DNA of 13,296 nt from Prasinococcaceae sp. CCMP 1430 (lineage: Eukaryota > Plantae > Prasinodermophyta). The position numbers and the translations under genes were made by a program. The notes under the pieces were generated by a model. That model saw only the letters and a program-made list of their open reading frames with translations. It did not search any database and was not told the origin of the DNA. Shown piece after piece: positions 9,010-13,296 of the stretch (positions are counted from its first letter, which is position 1; every line of letters begins with the position of its first letter). The stretch is taken from NCBI GenBank assembly GCA_013416795.1, contig RQSC01000359.1, positions 2,817 through 16,112 of the forward strand. Reading direction: 5' to 3'.

Positions 9010-9036
9010 GAGATTTAGATTTAGATTTTGATTTTT
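9010..9036 (+). repeat. AT-rich (AGATTT)3-TGATTT patch
   Basis: Read directly. It is the main AT-rich island in the LPAT/NhaA divergent region. Confidence 0.8.
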
Positions 9037-9167
9037 TATGATGACGTAAAAAAATCGGCGGGATGCGCAGCGGAGGAAGAGCGCGTCCGCGGCCGTTTGA
9101 AAAGGTGCGCGGCCGCGCGCGCCTTATGCCGCGCCGGAGGGAGGGGGCGAGCGACGCATGCGGTTTG

Positions 9168-10661
9168 ATGGGCGAGCCGGCTCGCGAGCGGAGGCGAGGA
9201 GCGCCCCTTGGGGGGAATGCGGGGCAGATTCGAGAGCGCCAGCGAGGCGAGCGCGTGCGGGCGCTGCGGGAGGGGGGGGACGGGCGGACGGGGGGAAAAG
9301 GGGGAAGGGGAGGACCGCCGCGTACGCTACCGCCTCCGCCGTCGCCCGCCACCGCGCTCCCCGGCGACGGCGCCTCGCGCTCCCTCACGGTCGCGGCGAC
9401 CGCCGTCGAGGGGCCGCCCGCGTCGTTCGCGCACCAGCTGCTCGACGCCGGCGCGGGATCGATCATCCTGCTGCTCGCGACGGCCGTCTCGATGCTGCTC
9501 GCCAACGTGCCCGCGACGTCCGAGTTCTGGACGGGGCTGTGGGACATGCACGTCGGGCCCGCCATGGGCGCGCACGCGCTCACCCTGCGCGACTGGGTCA
9601 ACGAGGGGCTCATGTGCCTCTTCTTCTTCGTGGTCGGCCTGGAGATCAAGCGCGAGTGCGTCTTCGGCTCGCTCAGCTCGCTCAAGAAAGCCGCGCTGCC
9701 GTGCATCGCGGCGGTGGGCGGCATGGTCGTGCCCATGGGCTTCTACGCCGCCATCAACGCCGGCGTGAACGGCGTCATGCAGGGCTGGGCCATCCCGATG
9801 GCGACCGACATCGCCTTCGCCATGGGCATCTTCGGCTTCTTCCGCAACCGCATGCCGGCGGCCGTGAGCGCCTTCCTGCTCACGCTCGCCACCGTTGACG
9901 ACCTTGGGGCCATCTTGGTGATCGCCGTCTTCTTCGCCGGCTCGCTCAAGGCCGCCTACCTCGCCGGCGCGCTCGCGCTCTCCGGCGCGCTGTTCGCCAC
10001 CGACCGCATGGCCCTCGACACGGCGCGGTCGGTCAACGTGGGGAAGTACCTCATTCTCATGCTCGGGCTGTGGTACTGCCTGCTCCTCGGCGGCATCAAC
10101 GCGGACGTGGCGGGCGTGGTCGCCGCCGTCGCCATGCCCGCCGTCGCGCCCGCGCCGCAGGGCTCCACCGCGCCGCCCGAGCACCCGGGCGAGCCCGTGC
10201 GCATCATCGACCACCTCGTGCACAACTGGTCGCCGTGGACCACCCTGGTCATCATGCCGCTCTTCGCGCTGGCCAACACGGCCGTCCCGCTCGACGCCTC
10301 CCTCATCAGCGGCCTCATCTCGCAGCCCGTCGCGCTGGGCATCGCCGCCGGCCTCGTGCTGGGCAAGCCCATCGGCATCACGCTCTTCTCGCTCGCCGGC
10401 ATCAAGGCCAACGTGGCGGCGTGGCCCGAGAAGATGAACGTCAAGCACCTCGTTACGGTGGGACTCCTGGGCGGCATCGGCTTCACCATGAGCCTCTTCC
10501 TCATCACGCTCTCGCTGGCGGGCATGGACTCTGCGGCGCGCCTCGCCAAGCTCTCCATCATCGTGTCCAGCACGGTGGCAGCGCTGGCCGGCGCGGCCAT
10601 CATGTCCACCTTCCCAGTGAACGAGGAGGACAGGCCCGCGGCGGCAGCGGCGGCGGCCTAA
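9168..10661 (+). CDS. nhaA: NhaA-family Na+/H+ antiporter (bacterial type). Start uncertain: in-frame ATGs at 9063, 9126 and 9168; the conserved core begins at about 9430.
   Basis: Motifs WVNEGLMCLFFFVVGLEIKRE, GWAIPMATDIAFA, TVDDLGAILVIAVF, PLFALAN, GKPIGI and GGIGFTMSLF. These cover E. coli D133, D163/D164, K300 and G338. Multiple TM segments and no intron in the core. Confidence 0.94.
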   Translation: MGEPARERRRGAPLGGNAGQIRERQRGERVRALREGGDGRTGGKGGRGGPPRTLPPPPSPATALPGDGASRSLTVAATAVEGPPASFAHQLLDAGAGSIILLLATAVSMLLANVPATSEFWTGLWDMHVGPAMGAHALTLRDWVNEGLMCLFFFVVGLEIKRECVFGSLSSLKKAALPCIAAVGGMVVPMGFYAAINAGVNGVMQGWAIPMATDIAFAMGIFGFFRNRMPAAVSAFLLTLATVDDLGAILVIAVFFAGSLKAAYLAGALALSGALFATDRMALDTARSVNVGKYLILMLGLWYCLLLGGINADVAGVVAAVAMPAVAPAPQGSTAPPEHPGEPVRIIDHLVHNWSPWTTLVIMPLFALANTAVPLDASLISGLISQPVALGIAAGLVLGKPIGITLFSLAGIKANVAAWPEKMNVKHLVTVGLLGGIGFTMSLFLITLSLAGMDSAARLAKLSIIVSSTVAALAGAAIMSTFPVNEEDRPAAAAAAA

Positions 10662-10862
10662 GGGGCGGCCGGGCGCGCGCGCGCGCGCGCGCGCGAGGGT
10701 CGCGAGGGTCGCGGGTTTGCGCGACCACAGATGCGCGAGCGCGGGAGCGCCGCGCGCAGTGCACGTGTGCGCTCGCCCTGCTCGGGACGTCGCACGCACG
10801 CACAATTTTCCACACGCAATTTTGAACTCACCGCGCCGAGTATAAGCAGTCTCTAGAGTATG

Positions 10863-10867
10863 TTACA
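10863..10867 (-). promoter_or_regulatory. Possible chlorophyte-type polyadenylation signal TGTAA for archease
   Basis: TGTAA on the minus strand about 57 nt after the archease stop. No equivalent was seen for P4H, LPAT or NhaA, so support is weak. Confidence 0.3.
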
Positions 10868-10923
10868 CGGAGGCGATTGGGACGCGCAGGGCCCGGACGG
10901 CCGGCGGCCGCGCCGCAAGCGGG

Positions 10924-11803
10924 CTAGATGTCGACGATGACCCAGACGTCCGCGCGCTCGTCCTTCTCCTCGACCTTCATGGCGCTGTACGTGATGGCCT
11001 TCACCTCGGTGCCCTGCAGGTGCTTGCCGTCGACGTACTTGACGCCGCTGGCGGTGGCCTCCACCACCCACTTATCGCGGTCGAGCTTCGTCACCTGAGA
11101 GGTCGGGGCGCGACGAGGCGCGGGCGTCAGCACCATGCGCGAGCGCGATGCGGCGCGCGCGCGGCGGGAGCTGCAGCCCTGCCAGCGCGCACCTTGATGT
11201 TGGTCGGCACGTACTGCTCGCTGGCGAAGACGAAGAGCGTTTCGTCCAAGAAGGCGAAGAGCAGCGAGTGCATGTCGTGCGCGGATACCGAGAAGGTGCG
11301 CGCGGTGTGCACGTCGTTCCGCAGCACGTCGTCGTCGAGCGGCGTCATGTAGTTGAACATCGCCAGCACTGCGAGAGCGGGCGCCGGGCCCGCGAGCGCG
11401 GGAGGGAGCGAGCGCGAGAGCATGCGGGCGGGAGGGGAGGGAGGTCGCGCCAGTCAGCGCCGCCCCCACGAGGGCCAGTCGCCCGCCCGTCTCGCGCGCC
11501 GCGCAGGTGCTTACCGTTGCCTTCAAAGGCCTCCTCGAGGGTGGCGCCCCACGAGTGCAGCTGCACGTCCGCGGTGTGATCCAGGTACTCGAACTTGTAC
11601 TCCTCGCGCTGCTCGGCGATGGCCTGGGCCGGCGCCGCCTCGCCGCCGCTCTCCGCCGCCGCCCCGGCGGCGGCCTCGCCCTCCGCGGTCGCCGCGGCCG
11701 CATTCGCATTCGCAGCAGCTGCACCGCGTCGCCGCTTTCGTTGCGGCAGCGCCGTATACTCGATGTCGCCTGCCACGACTACGAGCTCCTCGTCGCCCGC
11801 CAT
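10924..11803 (-). CDS. archease: Archease (cofactor of the RtcB tRNA ligase). Exons 11803-11515, 11368-11193 and 11094-10924; 211 aa.
   Basis: The spliced product reads [37 protein letters not shown]...LLFAFLDETLF...QGTEVKAITYSAM...VWVIVDI-stop, which contains the family signature motifs. Both introns are GT-AG and restore the frame. Confidence 0.95.
11095..11192 (-). other. Archease intron 2 (98 nt, phase 0)
   Basis: AAG|GTGCGC donor, GCTGAC branch-like site, and CTCAG|GTG acceptor. Confidence 0.9.
11369..11514 (-). other. Archease intron 1 (146 nt, phase 1)
   Basis: ACG|GTAAGC donor and CTCGCAG|TG acceptor. Splicing gives [15 protein letters not shown], with the expected archease spacing. 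Confidence 0.9.
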
Positions 11804-13296
11804 GCCTCATGCACTCTTTCTTGATGGGTTTTCGACGGTTTGTACCTTGTTTTGCTGGTCTTTGAGCCATCAAATTGAACCCGACGTACAGAAACTGTGC
11901 AATAATTTCACGCGTACATCAGAGTGCATGCGAGCGAAGGTCACCGCCGCGTGGGCGCCGCTGAAGGAAAAACGATTTCCCTGGGAAAAGCAACGGAAAA
12001 AGAAAAAAAGGAAAGGGGAGATTTCCGAACGTTGCAGGGGCCTGCGCGACCCGCATGCGTTTTGATGGTGAGTTTCGTTGTTCCCCGACGGCGCGCGCGC
12101 GCGCGCGCGCGTTGCGCGGGGCGCCACGCGTGCAGAAAAGCGCCGCACTTTAGCGCGCTTTTCTGTGCGGGCGAGATATTATTGCGCGGAGGGGGCGGGC
12201 GCGGGGGAGGAGGCGGGCGCGGAGGGTCTGGCGGAGGCGGAGGGGGAGGCGAGGGCGGAGGGGGAGGGGGAGGGGTCGCGAGGACGCGGGCGCGGGGCGG
12301 GGGGAGGCGTGTAGGAGGTTCGTGTGTGTGCGGAAGTTCGTGCGTGCGAGGTGAAGGGGGCGGCGGCGTCAGCTCCTGCGCTGCCGCCCACCCACCCACC
12401 CAACCAATCAACCCCACCCCTCGGGAGTGAGACGCGTGGAGGCGGAGGGGGATGCGGGCGGGTGGGGAAAGGGCGAGGACGCGGGCGTGGACTCGGGCGC
12501 CTTGAGCGGGGAGCTAAGGGTGGGGGCGCAGGGAGGGGGGCGGGAGCGCGCGCGACGCTGCCATCGCATCGCATCGCGCACCGGCGCATCGCGCACCGGC
12601 TGACTCCGCCTACCCCACCCCCCAAACCCAACCCATCCCACCCCTTCCCCCCCCCCAGTTGGGGGCTGGCGCGGGCGCGGCCGCCGCGCCACCGTCCGCG
12701 CCGGATCGTCGGGGTTTCGAACGGCGCCGCGCCACCCTTTTGGGGTTGTAGTGCGTCAAGGGTTTGGATTTTTTTTTGTTCCCGTTTGTGTGCGCGCTGC
12801 TGCGCGCGAGCTAGGCCCGTCCCAGCCTTTGGCCCCAGCGAGGCGGAGTGACATCACCATCACCCCGTGCACGGGGTGAGGCGCCCACCCAAATTTTTGG
12901 ACCCGCGGGCCTCGCGTGGCGGATGTACCGCCCAGTACACTGGGTTCCAGCGCTCCCCTTTTTTGCGAGGGCGCGTTGCGCACCACCCCGCTGTTGTTTG
13001 GCTGCCACACCTTTCTCCGTCTGGCTGGCTGGCAGGCTGGCCCGCCAAAAAAAAAAAAAAAACGCGCCGCGCGCCCTCGGCTGGATCTTATTATAATCCT
13101 CGCATGCGTTTTGCCCTGCGGGCGCGCGATCCGCTGTGCGCGCGGCGCGCGCGCGGCGCACGGTGCACATGTGTGGGCTAGGGCTTTGCCGGCCGCGGGG
13201 CGCACCGCGCCGCCGGCCGCCATCAGACGCAAGGCGAGGAGGGAGCGAGGGAGGGGTGGGGGAAGGGCGGCGCGCGGTGCGGGGCCGGTGGGTGTT

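Noticed and set aside
7557-10805. Long ORFs overlapping LPAT and NhaA (e.g. 7625-8932 +, 9327-10805 -)
   Set aside because: Shadow frames caused by near-saturated GC at third codon positions, with no recognisable motifs.
12073-13296. Short ORFs, A16 and T-runs, and TATA-like TTATTATAA (about 13088-13096) at the right end
   Set aside because: Low-complexity translations with no coding signature. The region is probably upstream of a + strand gene outside the window, but that gene cannot be seen.
1-13296. CRISPR arrays, tRNA/rRNA genes, transposases or introner-type repeated introns
   Set aside because: No regularly spaced repeat-spacer array, RNA gene signature or transposase ORF was seen. 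The four introns share no sequence beyond splice and branch signals.

Overview
Very GC-rich eukaryotic DNA with short spliceosomal GT-AG introns. The plant-type prolyl 4-hydroxylase and plant-type LPAT point to the green lineage (inference). Five genes alternate strictly in orientation. (1) A giant minus-strand gene missing from the ORF track: exon 1 is 4428-4195, and exon 2 stays open from 4016 to the left edge of the window (>=1416 aa). It encodes a single-pass membrane protein with RRxLLE motifs, a tail-fibre-like VGIN..P...LHVVG motif and >30 Gly-rich beta-strand repeats. (2) A secreted prolyl 4-hydroxylase with a C-terminal ShKT-like domain (+, 2 exons). (3) An LPAT2-like acyltransferase (-). 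(4) A bacterial-type NhaA Na+/H+ antiporter (+). (5) Archease (-, 3 exons). The head-to-head intergenic regions share a recurrent 18-bp motif, CCCATCAAA[A/C]CGCATGCG (5 copies), and carry long (CG)n tracts and G-runs. Most other listed ORFs are GC-rich shadow frames. All analysis was done by eye; no database searches were run.
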